Source of the DNA: Minutocellus sp. GHC0000111 | Taxonomy: Eukaryota | Assembly (NCBI GenBank): GCA_977018835.1 | Contig: OZ361258.1 | Span: forward strand, 2,852,001 to 2,916,000 | Reading direction: 5' to 3' | Length of the DNA: 64,000 nt | In this document: piece after piece, positions 12,969 to 26,464 of the stretch | Layout: the number at the start of each line of letters is the position of its first letter | How positions within the stretch are numbered: position 1 is the first letter of the stretch | The notes under the pieces: generated by a model | Told to the model about the DNA's origin: nothing | Databases searched by the model: none | The model's input: only the letters and a program-made list of their open reading frames with translations | Position numbers and translations under genes: made by a program

Positions 12969-15900
12969 ATGTCGGAGGGAGGCGCAAGCGGTGCTCCCTC
13001 TGCCGCCGCCGATCAAAATATATGCAAGGCAGCTCTGGAGGTACTCATGTCCAAAACTAATGGCAAGAAGAACTATTTATTCATGGAGCCGGTTGATCTA
13101 AAGTTCGTCCCGAACTACCCCGACGTGGTGAAGCGGCCGATGGACCTCGGAACCATCAAGAAGAACCTGGACGGCGCCGAGGGTGCCACCAAGACGTTTC
13201 AAAGCCGGGAGGAATTTTGGGCCGATGTGGATCTGGTCTTTGAGAATGCCATATTCTTTCACACCCCCATCAAGGAAAATGCCTGGATTATCAAGCTGGC
13301 AAAACAGATGCAAAAGTTGGTGGAGCGGGAGAAGAAAAAGGCCGAGAAGAAGGCCGTGGGCGGAGGCGCCGGTGCTGGCATCGTTTCCGGTGCAACGCAG
13401 AAGAAGAAGAGGGGACGTCCTCCCAGTCGGGGCGGTGCTGATGCGGGGAGCGACCCACCGAAGCCGGCGGTCAAGCTCAAGCTATCGGTTCCCAAGGCAG
13501 CTGCCGCGGCTCCAACGGCAGCGGCTGCCTCTCAACAGGGCGGGGCAGTAGGTGCTTCGTCGGCTACTACTACTACGGCAAAAGCGAAACCATCCAAACC
13601 AAAGCTGAAACTGAAATTGGGAGGCAGCACCACCGGTTCCATTGGGTCGTCGTCTCGCGGAAAGGAGGTTCCCTCGGATGTCGACAAGGCTAAGCCAGCA
13701 GCCAAGGTTTCAAAGCCGAAGCTCAAGTTAAGCATATCCGAAGCGTCCGGTCCTCCGCCCGCTGGTAAGGCTACTGCCGGCAAGGGTAGGGGTCCAGGCG
13801 GCGGCAAGAAGATCCGTCCGCCAGCCAAAGGTTCCACCATGTCTCCAGCAGAGGTGGCGCAATGCTCCAAGGTCTTGTCGGCCATACATAACAGGAACAC
13901 GCAGGAAGATATTCAATGGTTCCTCAAACCCGTGTCCGATCCGCAGCTTGTTGAGGACTACAAGTCCAAGATTCGGTACCCCTCTGATCTTGGTACCATC
14001 GCTACCAAGCTCGATAAGAACCAGTACAGCAACGTGGCGGAATTTGTTCTGGACGTTCGGAGAATTTGTGCCAACTGCCTCCGGTACAACACTTCAGTGA
14101 ACGACTCCTTCCGACCTCTCGCCAAGAAGTTGGCTCAGCAGACGGAAGGAATTCTGGCCTTATTCGTGGCGGCACCTGCCGCGCCCAGAAGAGTTTATCC
14201 CCGCCTTCTCTACTGCTGGAAGCTGTGCCTATCACTTTTAGACACTCTGCTGAACATGACCAATCCAACCGATGAACACCAGACCGCTTATTTCTTCATG
14301 CATCCTGTCTCCTTTTACTTGGGCGGTGCTCTTCCCCAAGATTACCTCGCCAAGGTTCAGACACCCATGGATTTTGGTACCATCACGTCGAGGCTCTTCG
14401 AGGGAGAGTACCAGGACGTTTCGGAATTCATCGAAGATTGCAGACTGGTCGTCGACAACTGTCGGACATACTACTCCGGGCGCGAAGAAGGCAAGCTGTT
14501 CATTGAGTTGGCCGATCGTATGGACGGTCTGATGGCCCAGCAACTAAATGCTCTCAAGCGGTACGACGAGAGTGCTGCCGGCAAAAGAGAGAAGGAAGCG
14601 GCGGTGATGCCTCTTGCACTACCGGTACCATCGACGGCGTTTCTCATGTCAGTCATGAAGGAAATACGAGATATGCAATACACCGACAAATTCACCAAGG
14701 TGAGGGCTGAGTACTTCTTAGTCCTTCTTCCGTCATTGTCTCAATGCATTCCGACGGTTCTTTCTCCTAGTGCTTCTCCTTATATTCCATTCACTGCTCT
14801 CTCTCTTTCTTTCTTCTTACTTCTTTCAACAAAATTAGATCACGGAACCCGCCACAACTATCTTTAATCTTCCGGTAAATGTTGCGATGTTTCCCGATTA
14901 TCCGAACTATGTTTCGCAACCAATGGATCTTTCAACAGTCGAGTCCAAAATCAACAGTGGCGCTTATGCCACGCCGGAAGATTTTGAGTACGACATCAAT
15001 CTCATCTTCCAAAACTGCGAGGCTTACAATGGTCCAAAGAAGAACACGCCGCTCGTTTCACTTGCTAAATATTGCGCCAAGACTTTCAAGAGGATTTATG
15101 CAAAGAAGATGGATGATCTTCGAGCAGGTATAGGTGTCGATATTCCTGGAAAGCGATCGGCGTCGTCTCCCGAGGCACAACCAGCATCGAAAAGGATCAA
15201 GCTCGATCTCTCCGCCGTTCCCAAGGCTGCACCAAGGATCTCCATCACTGCAAGTAAGGTCGCGGATGCGACTGCCAGATCAACATCGCCCAAGCCACAA
15301 GGGACGTCGCCACCGAAGAAGCTCGATGAGCCCGTGCCCCTTCACGTTGCCATCGCTCAGATTAAAGAAAGCTTCCCTCTCCGTCGTCCAGCGAAGATGC
15401 TCGGAGGATGGGAAGCAGCTTGCTGGCGGATGTTCCGTGAGCTAATGAAGCATCCCTGGTTATCCGCAGCGAGGCCGAAATTCATTTACTCCGTACCGGT
15501 GCCGGTCCTCTTCCCGTCCCTACGCGACGCATACGCCGAATTGATCAAGCAACCCATGGATCTGACAACGGCCGAGGCAAAGCTCCTATCAGGAGGCATG
15601 TATCTGAGTGCTCAAGAATTTGTCAAAGATGTTGCTCTTGTCTTTTCTAATGCAATCACCTTCAATCGCGATGGACACGAAGAGGGTGATCCGACCTCTT
15701 GTGCCTATTTCGATGCATCGAAGCACCTATTGAGGTATACGCGTTGGCTTTCGTTAGAATATCTATCCGAATTCCTCGCGAACGACGAGCACGTCGACGT
15801 TCCGACTGGAAAGGATGAATTGGTGACTGCATGGAAGCTAACGACAGGCAACCGAAAAGTTGCACGAGAAGAAATGGAGAAAATTGCTCTGAAGACTCCA

Positions 15901-17319
15901 ATGGATGTGAGTAGACTCAATATTTGTGGTGATATATTGGCACATATTTCAATAGATCGCTAGCTCTCGTTAACTTGTTTGCTCACTATTTCCCTCATTC
16001 TTTCTGTTATCATTAATACTTTCATTCTCCCTCCACAGCTAAGCGAAGAGGGAGAGCGATACACATTCATGGAGTCTGAGAGTGATTAGCTGCTGAAATC
16101 CCTCCGGCACCAATCAGATGCCAGGTACATGTACTTCTTCATCCAGCCTGTTTACCCTCCAGACTACAGTGCCTTTATTTCCAAGCCGAGTGAGTTTGTG
16201 CTCTATGCCATACATTGTTTAATTTCTCTTCTCAAGCAAAATTATATCAGTGGGCTCTCTGCAATGGATCATCAATCCTCAATTTTATTTGGCTCCTAAT
16301 CATTCACTTTTCTCAAACAGTGGCTTGGGATGTCTGCAACGAGACGCTACAAAACCGCCAGTACGAAAACATTGGAGAATTAGTGGACGATCTTCGTCTA
16401 ATGTGAGTTGAAAACAAAGAGAATGCTGTTGGGAATTTTGATACTTCCTCCTTTTGTCGCCCCATATCTAATGAGATCCAAATGCACGTGTCATATTTTT
16501 TATCCAAAATCCAGCTTTTCCAATGCGTTGAAGTATAACGGTGGCGGCAAAGGGACGGAAACTATCTCAGGCAAGGCTTATGATTCTGCAGTATACATGT
16601 CGACCAAAAAGCTGGAACCGGCCATCGATAGGATGCTCCTTTCTGTGAGCAATCGGATTGAAACCGACAAGGTTGAGCAAGTTATGCAAGATCGAGAAAT
16701 CGAAGCCGAAGAGCGAGCGGAAGAAGAACGTTTGCGCAAGGCGTGGCAAGAAGAAACAGAAAACGCCAAGGCTCAGGGAGCATCAGCACCTCAAACAGAA
16801 ACAACAACGGTCGAAAGAATTCGCATCATACAGCGTCGTCCTGTCCGCAAAGCTCTTGATTTTGACTTTCCTTTCAACGACGACGACGACGATAATCAAG
16901 AACCCTCGCACTTGGATACGATGAGGCAGCAGAAAATGATCTTTGAAAGCCAAAGGTCTGATCGAAGGAAAATGTTCATCACATCAATATCTTCATCAAG
17001 CGATGTCTACTCTAGAATGCTCCAGCAGCGCAAGGCCATCGCTTGGGCACGGATGAAGGCTGCGGCTACAGCTGCTTCAGTAAAGGAGGCTAAGGCAGCG
17101 AGTGGCGAGAACCTTGATGACGCAGCAGCAGGCGAAAGCAAAGATTCGAGCAACAACGCGGACAGCCTTCACATGTCTAGCAGCAATGTCGGAGATAAGG
17201 CCAACAAGGAACGAGAGCAGATAAACGAAAAGTTGAAGACGGCACTCGGCACTCTGAAGCAAAAGAAGTCGAAGAAGAAAAAGAAGAGCAAGGCCAGTAT
17301 TAAGAATGTGTTTGATTGA
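12969..17319 (+). CDS. Multi-bromodomain protein (six bromodomains); in-frame TAG at 16087-16089
   Basis: Exons 12969-14699, 14839-15906, 16039-16189, 16321-16402 and 16515-17319 with GT-AG introns. Six repeats of the F..PV..DY..I..PMDL..F.N..YN pattern. Confidence 0.88.
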
Positions 17320-17746
17320 GGCAAAACTCCACGGAGACTCGAAAGACTTACAGTTATCCAGTTTTAAAACAATATTGATCATTAGTACGACGTACTCTAA
17401 TCTTTAATAATCTTTTATCCAATAGAAGCCAACTTTAAAGACGCTGACCTTCTCTCCGCGATCGTCTAAAAGAAGTAAAATACAATAGACGTTACGAGCC
17501 TCGTAATAAGAAAAAGGGCAAACCCTTCCACCCTTCTTCAGTCTATTTGACCTAAGTGCATAAGAAACCCAAGCACCCGATACTTTCGATACTCTGCTGC
17601 CACGAAAATAACGTGAAATATCAGGAGGCTTTGACGACCGTACTAGACTAGCTAGTACCCCAGGAGGAATGATTATGTGATGATATTGATGTGACGGTAA
17701 TGTTCCAGGCAAGGTAACTGAGTGCCTCGGCACAATTGTTCTTCTC

Positions 17747-19145
17747 TTACTCATATGCCTGGGGCACAGCGTTCTCTGTTTCACCGGCATTCTTGGCGCC
17801 CTCCTCATATGTCTGAGGGACCTCAGGAGCCTTCTCCACGCCTCCAGCCTCGAGATCGTCATCCTTCTTGGACGCGGCCACCTCATCCTTTCTCCTCGAA
17901 GAGGAACTTGTAGGTGGCAGCAGCAAATCCAGCACCAACGAAGGGAGCGGTGTAAAAGACCCACCAGCCCCGGATCCAAACGATGTGGCCCAGTCCACGA
18001 TGGTATCCACAATCATCGGCCCGAAGGATCTGGCGGGATTGATGCCACAGCCAGTGAAGGGGATGAGGACGAGATGGGCGACGAGGACGGACCATCCAAT
18101 GGCGATGGGGGCAGCATTCCCGGCGGTAGACTTGGAGTGCACGGCAGCATGAAGAACAGTGAATACCAGGAGGTATGTGCCCATGCATTCGATGAGGAAG
18201 GCCGAGCCGGAAGAAACACGAGGTCCAACCTGGTTGACACCCAACCCAAATGGAGGGCCGTAGCCCGAACCATCGGGCAGAGCCGAGGCCTGGCATACGC
18301 CGCTGACGACGCTGCCGTCGGTCACACCATCAAAGCTTTCATTGTAGCAGAAGGCCGTGAGACTGGAGGAGCAGCCCCAAAGGATGAGAGCTCCGAGGAA
18401 GGCGCCGCTGAACTGGGCCAGCATGTACAGAAGTCCTGCCTTGACGCTCTGAAGCTTCAGAACCATGAACGAGAAGGTGACTGCGGGGTTGATGTGACCT
18501 CCAGAAAGATGGCCGATGCCGTACGCCAGAACGGAGATGGTGATGCCGAAGGCAAGGGAGATTCCGACCAGGGCACTGTCGTAATGAGTATGCGACATTT
18601 TGCCGGGTTTGCAAAGCAAAAGAAAGAAATGGAATAAAATAAATGAAATAAATGAGCAAAGAGTCGAGGAGTCACAATCGAAATCGAGTGCAAGCACACT
18701 TGAAAGCCCCAAGAGAAGAGAACACACAGCACCAACATGTAGCGCTTCATTAGTAGATAGCAGTGTCCCGTTTGAACTAGAATAGACCCGTCATTGGAAT
18801 TGGTCAATAAGTCCAAATTCTACTCGGGAAAGCATGTTCCTTTGACATGTCACACAAACATCACACACACACACATAATGGGCGGGACGACGAAACATTT
18901 ACGCACCCAGGATCAAAGATGGCGGAAGTCTCGGTCCAGCGGTTCGAGGCAACGGCGGCACCTGTGCATGTGTGATAAAATGAAAGAGGCGAGGCACGGG
19001 TCAATAATAAATAATTGATTGAAATTGCAAAGAACATAATGACTAGTCTACAATCCAAGTCATCACACACAATCATCTGAAAGCAGATCACGATGTGCTT
19101 AAAAAATTAGCGCAAACACATCGACGTACCGCAGCCGGCCCACAC
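17747..19145 (-). CDS. Aquaporin (MIP family); two compensating frameshifts (~17998, ~17889); first exon not located
   Basis: Two NPA boxes, GHINPAVT and GINPARS. TM6 (WWVFYTAPFVGAGFAAATYKFLF) lies in the alternative frame. Small upstream exons encode VWAGC and GAAVASNRWTETSAIFDPG. Confidence 0.88.
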
Positions 19146-20077
19146 CTTGGTATTGAATGTGGAGCAGTCAGGTGAAGTCAGCAGTCGCGTTGAGACGCGA
19201 GGGCTTTTCAGTCTCGAACTCACTCGACTAAACAATGCAAGCAAGGCGGCACAGTTTCGACGGCGTGGCTGGCTCGCTCGCGTTCCATCGGCACAAGGCT
19301 GCTCACCTTGCTTGCCATTCAATGACGGGGTCGGTCGGTTCCCCCATATCAACGCTAGCTACGTAGCAGACCAGATCGTCACCCGAGCCAAGCGTCGAGC
19401 GAGGGATTTGCGCTGATTTCGCTGCCCTGGCGCTTCATCGCATCATCTTGCGCTCGTTTTCTGGCCGAAACGCCCCCTCGCCTCCGCGACGAACTGCCCT
19501 CGACAATTTTTGGTCTTGCGAGATTGTGTGGTTTCCCCGACTCAAAAACAATCCCACCGACGAACACAATAGGACGCGGCTTCCCCTTGCCTCGCCATAT
19601 TATCCATTGCCATTGACTACCGGTGGGAATCGATTGATTTTGGCGGCGAACAGCGCGTGGTTTGGATTTATTGTCCGGTATCTTTTGAGCCACTCACTGG
19701 CCTCCGAAAAATAAATTTATTTTTAGCATTGGTGGTCAGTCGGTACCCGTCAATCATCCTTCAGGGTTTGCTCGTGGCGTTGCACTAGACGAACCAACGC
19801 GATTGCTGATACACACCAATCAAGAGGGATTGATTTGCAGTCAGACCAAATCAGCTTCGTACTGTCCAGAGGAGACGAACGCTTCCCGGCGACTTTTCAT
19901 ACCATCGTTGGACCGCACTGAGCACGAACACTCAACACTGAGGGCCCATCGCATCACGTTGCTTTTAAGACCCTCACTTTGTTAGGCCGGCTTGCCGACT
20001 GTTGGAAGGCACGTGCCAGCCTTGAATCGATTCAGTAGGCGCACACACATATATTCCAGAGAACCAACACATCAATC

Positions 20078-23000
20078 ATGGGGTTCCTCAAGAAAATATT
20101 CCGCCGCGGCGGCAGCAAGAAGGACAAAAGCATTGGTGAGCTGCCGTCCTCTCCGGCCAACAAGAAGAAGGCCGCCAAGAAGATCACCCGGACCGAGAAG
20201 AAGATGGCCAAGCAGGCCCAGAAGTCTGCCAAGAAGGCCGCCAAGAACGGCGGATCGCTCTACGGGCAGGGTTCGCCGGGATCTCCGGCCAACAAGCATA
20301 CCCGGAAGCCAACCTCGACGACTTCGGCGGGACAACAGCGGTACGAGTACACCGGCCAGCCCGACGACGTCGTCGGTGTCCCCCCTCACCACCACCACGT
20401 CGGGGCGTTGGCCCCCTCCCCGGGATCCGTCTCGGCCAAGAGCGTGGGCAATTCCAGCGTCGCCGATCGGAGCATGAATCCCGTCATGGACGACGTCGTC
20501 CGCCGCCCATCGTTCAACACCTCGAGCCTCAGCGGCAGTACCAACAGGAGCAGCAGCCGGCCCGCCATGTCCATCAACACGGCCCTTGCCAACGGCCATC
20601 CATCCTCGACGCGGTCCCGAGGCACCGGACCCGTCGATCTGGACGACGAGAACTACGGCAGCACCACCGACGAGGAGTTTGGTGCCGACGACTTTGCCAT
20701 CAGCCCGCTCTCCTCCATCAACGGATCTGGACAGCCCCAGCAGCAGCACTACTACCAGCAGAACCAGCACCAGCAGCAGCAGCTCAATCACCAGCAGCTG
20801 CAGCAGTTTGAGATGCAGCAGCGGGCCAATGGCTACCAGGGCAATGGCATGGGCGGTCAACCTGCCTCGTCGCAGTATGCCAACCTCTACGGTTCCCAGC
20901 AGCGTCGTCATCAGGTGACGCGCCTCCCCAACGGCCAGCTCGTGGCATACGACTCTCCCGACAAGCGCGGCAACGGCGGTGGCATGACCAGCCCGGCTGC
21001 CTCCCCGACGTACTCGTCCGACTTTTGCCTCTCCACGGACAATGAGGACGAGAACTACAACCAAATGCGCCGCGAGGCTCGGGGGTTGCTCCCCGGTGCA
21101 CCGCCCGGTGTCAATCTTCCACCGGCGTTGGATTCACCCGACAATGATTCGATGATGTACACCGACGATGAGCAGGGGACGTTGTTTGCCAACCTCAAGG
21201 GTCAGTTCAGTGAGGACGAGGGCCCGATGAGCCCCCCAACCTCGCCGGAGGCTGACTTGCTGCCCCCACCTCCGTCGGGCGTCAAGCCCCCGCCCCCGGC
21301 TGCCCCCGCCCCCGCGGTCCGTCCCCAGTGTCCTCGCGACCCTGATGGTGATATCTCTCAGATGGATCCGCTCTCCATGGAGGAGGAGGCCGAGGTCAAC
21401 CGCAACCGATGGGCCCAGGGCACCAGCCCGGACAAATCCAAAATGTCCGGCAGCAACTACACCACCATGACCGGTAGTAGCCGGAGCGGCATCGACGGTT
21501 CTAGCAATGGCTCTGTCGAGAATCGCAATCCCAATCCCCACGGAACGTCACCCCGCTACACCTTTGCGGATGGAGATGAGGCTGCCATGTACAAGAACGG
21601 TACCGGGACCAATGTTGTTGCCGGGGACCGACCTGCCAGTCCATCTCCTGGCTACAAGGTGAATGGAACCAGTGGGAGTGCCAATGGCAATCGCGGCGCG
21701 GTCATATATCCAGATTCAACGGACTCGGAGTTTGAGTCAGTTCCCGTCCCCCAAAATAATCTTCTCCCTGCTATGCATCCCCACCAGCAGGATCAGAGGG
21801 CGCAGTCTCAAGATGCGGAGCGGCAGATGAATCAGCGGCAGAATGGAGCTCCGGCTACTACCACGGATATGGTTCCTGTCCAGAAGCAGGGGAGCCAGCA
21901 CGCCGTCGACGCGTTTGGTGATTCGTTTGCCAATTTTGCGAATTTCGATTCAAACTTTGATCCGATCACTTCGGCGACTGGAAATGGAAACAAGATTGAA
22001 CAGAAACAAGGAACTCAGGCGGCTGCGAATGGTGTCGGTAAGAATGATGGATTTGCACCATCCGGGCCGACCTTTGTCATCGAAGGAGGCCCGACGGTGC
22101 GTCACTCATCGGCAGATCCCTCGCCGTTGGATGACTTGATGGCCCTTCAGAAGGAAAGGGAAGTTAATCGACAAATGAATTCGAGTCGGCGCTCCAGAAA
22201 TGACCCATCCAAGTCCTCCAGCTCCATCAACTCAGCTCCCGTCGTCACGTCCGCCTACCTTCGGCAGACACACAAGCTTGGTAGTGCTGCTGGTGACGGA
22301 TCTGTTACCTCGGGCCGGCGCAAGTCGAGCAGACACTCGGAATCGGGAGGTAGATCGAATGCCTCCGTCGGGTCGTCCTCTGCTGCCATGGCTGCCAAGG
22401 ATAAGCTCCGGCAACGCCGCCGAGAGAAGGAACGGGCACGGGCGGCAGCAGCTCAGGATGGATCGGACGACGATGGATCTGATGCCGATCGCAACGAGTC
22501 CTGGCTCTTTGATGGAGTTACTGGTACGCTCGGACCAAGAGGTATCGCGGCAGACCTGGAGTCCCTAGGTGGTCGGTCGAATCGCTCCAAAAATTCAACC
22601 GGAAACAAGTCGCATCGCTCCCATCGATCGCATCGATCATCGAAATCTCGCCGCAGGAAGAATAGATCAGATGCCTCCGTTGGTAGCCGCGATTCTCGGT
22701 ACTCTCACAAGTCTTACCGATCCACTCGATCTCAGATGTCGCACATGTCGGAACAGAGTCGCTCGGTTGCCAATGATCTCCTCCGTCTCGAAATGCAGCT
22801 GGCCATGGTCGGTGCGCAGAAGAGTGGAGGCGATGGCGATAGGTCGGTCAGCTCACGTCGGTCCAAGACCAGCCGTGGCGATTCCTCGCGCCGGTCCAAG
22901 TCCGTATCGAAGAGGACAAAGGTCACCGTCGTGGCTCCTCCTGGCAAGTTGGGCATCATTCTCGCTAATAAGACAGATTCCAAGGGAACAGTCGTTTCCG

Positions 23001-23218
23001 GAGTGCGCACGTCGTCTGTCCTCGCCGATAAGGTCAGCCCTGGAGATCGCATCATCGCCATCGATGGTGAAGATGTCAGCAGAATGACCGTTTCGGAGAT
23101 CACAACGATTATGGCCCGCAAGTCCGAGTTTGAGCGTATTCTTACCGTCCTTACAACCAAGTCGCAGGCGGATGATCAACCCAATGCCACTGGCACAGGG
23201 CGTACTCGCATCGACTAA
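20078..23218 (+). CDS. Large low-complexity protein with C-terminal PDZ domain
   Basis: 1046-aa ORF ending in APPGKLGIILAN..VVSGVRTSSVLADKVSPGDRIIAIDGEDV; N-terminus MGFLKK with a basic patch. Confidence 0.85.
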   Translation: MGFLKKIFRRGGSKKDKSIGELPSSPANKKKAAKKITRTEKKMAKQAQKSAKKAAKNGGSLYGQGSPGSPANKHTRKPTSTTSAGQQRYEYTGQPDDVVGVPPHHHHVGALAPSPGSVSAKSVGNSSVADRSMNPVMDDVVRRPSFNTSSLSGSTNRSSSRPAMSINTALANGHPSSTRSRGTGPVDLDDENYGSTTDEEFGADDFAISPLSSINGSGQPQQQHYYQQNQHQQQQLNHQQLQQFEMQQRANGYQGNGMGGQPASSQYANLYGSQQRRHQVTRLPNGQLVAYDSPDKRGNGGGMTSPAASPTYSSDFCLSTDNEDENYNQMRREARGLLPGAPPGVNLPPALDSPDNDSMMYTDDEQGTLFANLKGQFSEDEGPMSPPTSPEADLLPPPPSGVKPPPPAAPAPAVRPQCPRDPDGDISQMDPLSMEEEAEVNRNRWAQGTSPDKSKMSGSNYTTMTGSSRSGIDGSSNGSVENRNPNPHGTSPRYTFADGDEAAMYKNGTGTNVVAGDRPASPSPGYKVNGTSGSANGNRGAVIYPDSTDSEFESVPVPQNNLLPAMHPHQQDQRAQSQDAERQMNQRQNGAPATTTDMVPVQKQGSQHAVDAFGDSFANFANFDSNFDPITSATGNGNKIEQKQGTQAAANGVGKNDGFAPSGPTFVIEGGPTVRHSSADPSPLDDLMALQKEREVNRQMNSSRRSRNDPSKSSSSINSAPVVTSAYLRQTHKLGSAAGDGSVTSGRRKSSRHSESGGRSNASVGSSSAAMAAKDKLRQRRREKERARAAAAQDGSDDDGSDADRNESWLFDGVTGTLGPRGIAADLESLGGRSNRSKNSTGNKSHRSHRSHRSSKSRRRKNRSDASVGSRDSRYSHKSYRSTRSQMSHMSEQSRSVANDLLRLEMQLAMVGAQKSGGDGDRSVSSRRSKTSRGDSSRRSKSVSKRTKVTVVAPPGKLGIILANKTDSKGTVVSGVRTSSVLADKVSPGDRIIAIDGEDVSRMTVSEITTIMARKSEFERILTVLTTKSQADDQPNATGTGRTRID

Positions 23219-23382
23219 TGTCGGCTTTCTTACAATCATCGGTAAGGCAACTGAACGAGTTGGATGTTTGAGTGCGGCGGAAATAGACCCTACCTCAGCA
23301 AGATGCAGAAAATGACCCAACAAGCTAAATCTACGTACGTAATATAAAGTCAAATCCCGTTTTACTTTTTGGTACACATTCT

Positions 23383-26003
23383 CTATGCTGCCTTGCTTCC
23401 TACGACGCGTTTGTCTTCATCGGTGATGGAAAGCCCGGACGCACGTCGAGCTCGTTCACCGAAATCACATATGAGATGTGATGAATGGTTGGCATTACTA
23501 GCACTGGCATCTCGCCCGGTCTGGACCTCTTCAGAAGACAAGCCCTTTGTGAAACTTGTGAAGAAATTGGGGAGAAATCCCGGCAAGGCAGGTACTTCTT
23601 GGAGAGAAGAATTTGATTGGCCTAAGTTCTCACAGTTCGCAGCATCAGCTTTGGACTTGTTGTTTCCATCTCGGACATTCTGGTCGACATATCTTTCGTC
23701 TGCCTCCCCCTTTTCCTGGGCATAGAACTGACTGACTTGACTGTGGATGGTGGAAACTGTTGCGAGCTCGGCGGCATCATGATCGTCGAATTTCTTCTGT
23801 CGCGACTGTTCCTCCAGAATACACGAGAGGGCATTGTCCTTGTTGGTCTTGCGATGGTGCCACTCTGCTTCGCAGGTGGCATACTCTAGTCCCCGAGAGC
23901 AAGTGACACGCTCAGTGTCTTCTCGGTGTAGAGCAAAAATATCCTTTAGAATCTTCTTCCTCATTTGTCGGTGCTCCGCCTGGCTGAACCACAGTGCAAG
24001 CTTTTCATCGCTCGTCATATCGTGAAGATGAGGTATCTTGACGACTGCGACCGGTTCATCGACGAATTCGACAGAGCTACCAGTACCAGGCCTCTTGCTG
24101 GGACGATCCACAATCAATTTTGGATCTTTCGTTACATGGCCTGGCTTCGCTCTGTTTTGGTGAGATGGCGAAATTCCCTCAAAGAACAATATTGGATCAT
24201 CACTCGAGAGAAAGTGTTCACCTCGATCGAACTTACGAAGATCTTGCAAAGGGGGAGGAGTACCGGAATGTGAATGAGGAGGGGATGCCTGCCTTTTCTC
24301 TTGTTTACGCTTGATGGAACGTTCGGGCTTTTGATGGTGGCATTGGGAAGAGGCCGATGAATTATTCGATAGGAGCGACGAGGCTGAATTGAAGACACAC
24401 TCAACATCATTGATGAGATTAGCCAGGTCATCGATCTCATCTTCCCCCATTTTGTCTGCGACGGCCTGTATAGCTCTTTGCTTCTCACTTTCAAGGTCGG
24501 CGTCCTCTTCTAAAAGGCCATCGTTCAAAGAACGGAGAGAGCGGTGCGATTCACTTAACTCATCGTAACCCTGGGATCGGATAGATTGAGAGGCAGCAAG
24601 AATAACGTTCCTCCTGCTGGATGAAGAAACAGACTCACCACAAGCCGTCAGTTGCTTCCTGCGAGTATCATTCGTTGATGGCGTCGTTGACGATGGTTCT
24701 GTAGGAAGATTTTCGAGCTTGCGAAGGGAGCCTTCAAGCTTTCTCCTTTCCCCTTTTGGCTGATTTGAAGATTTGGCTGGTACTTCACATTTATCATTGT
24801 TACTAGGGCGAGACGATACCTTCTTTGCCTCGATGACTTCAATTTACCTTCATCCCCATTTTTCTTCGGACTGATAGAAGACAAAGGAGCCCCGGAAGAA
24901 GCAGTACGAGGAGATGAAGCATCGATCTGCCTGTCCTTCTTTTTCTGACTAGACCTTCCTTGGGACTGTTTCGACTTCTTGTTCTTGCTACTCTTAATAT
25001 CTCCTTCGCCCGCTTTCTTGGTTGATTTTTCCTTGTTGTCTTCACCATATTGATTCGCAATCCTAGCCTTGTGTTGTTCAAGGCTCATGCCGGTGAAGGC
25101 ATTGTCTTCTCGTTCCTGGGCTGCCTTGATGCGAGCTCGATGCCGAGCCAGTTCCGATGATATCGGCTTCTCCTCTCTGGGGGCGGTATTGGTACTGGTG
25201 AGCGGTGGCTGGGGACTGATCTGCTTCGTCTTTTCGCCCCCCTGCTGCAAAGCTTGGAAAATGGCGGCCTGCTCTGCCTGCTGAGCTTGAAAATAGGCAA
25301 GGGCGGCGCGTTCTTGCTTCTGGCTCTCGAGGAAGGCACCGAGTGCCCCTTTCTGCTTCTGATCAGCATTTGGAGAAGTTGTAGAATACTTAGACCTTGG
25401 TTCGCTAGCACTAGTAGGGAGATCAGGTGTAGGCCGATTTCCTGGCTTAGATCGACTTTCCATGTTGGCGACGCATGCCATGATGAGAGCATCGTCATCA
25501 TCTTCATCGCTTGTGTCGCCTGACGGGTGCTGCTGCGCCCGTTGGGAAGGATATGACGACGTCTTTGTTGCCGGCTTCTTGTCGGTGACATTTGATCTAA
25601 TCTTTTTCGATATCGACGTCCGTCTTGAGGAAGACGTGCCGCCTTTGACGTGTAGGGCGCTACTACTCCCCCGACGAGCCAGATTGCTACTACTTCCTCG
25701 ACGAGCCAGGTTGCTATTACTTGCCCTACGAGCCATATTTGTACTACTCCCCCTCAGTGACTGGCCCTGTTGCCGTTCTTGCTGTTGCATCTCCTCACTC
25801 CGTAGGGGGACAGGACCAGCCTGAAAGGAAGCTCGGCGAAAGGCGGCGGAGGTACGCCTCTCGCGTCTCTTGGGTGCATCTGGCTCGCCCCCACCGTGTG
25901 CATCTCGTTCGAGATCCTTTCGTATCGCTTCGGCCAGAACTCCTGATCCACGGCGGCGGCGCCGCTGCTGATTCGGACCCGACATCTTGTTGCGGTCCTC
26001 CAT
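23383..26003 (-). CDS. Unknown protein with a diatom-type C-terminal motif; frameshift at ~24843
   Basis: Adding one A (GGT AAA ATT) gives an open frame linking ORFs 24648-26036 and 23383-24528. Motif SVEFVDEPVAVVKIP..LWFSQAE..RGLEY..ILEEQ; three NxARRxSxS repeats. Confidence 0.7.
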
Positions 26004-26464
26004 TCTTGTAGGCTTATGGTCTTTGCTGATCTCCACAATTACTTGCTACAATCTCTACAATCTCTACAAATCAACTGTTCGTATTGTTGTCTCACTCGAA
26101 TTATGATAAAACAGACACGCTCATTGATGAAATTCCTTGTGATGCAATCAATGCCTTAACAATGCCTATCGAAATCATATCTGCCTTTCGGCCTGTCGGC
26201 GCTTCCGGACGAGAGCTCCCGCATCGCCGCCGGCTTTTCACTCGACATGACATGGACATCGCTCCGGCTTCCGGTCTTTTTTCGAACGGCGATTTCTACG
26301 ATTAGGAACCCTGAATGATACTTCGAACGTCTGACTGTCTGACTTCTCTCTATTCGACTATGCTCCCGCGCTCCCGCGCCCCCGGTAGCGGTCTGGACGG
26401 ACCATCGGACCATCGGAAACCGGCACCAATTGGTAGATCTCTGCTCGGCCAGTAAGATATCGCG

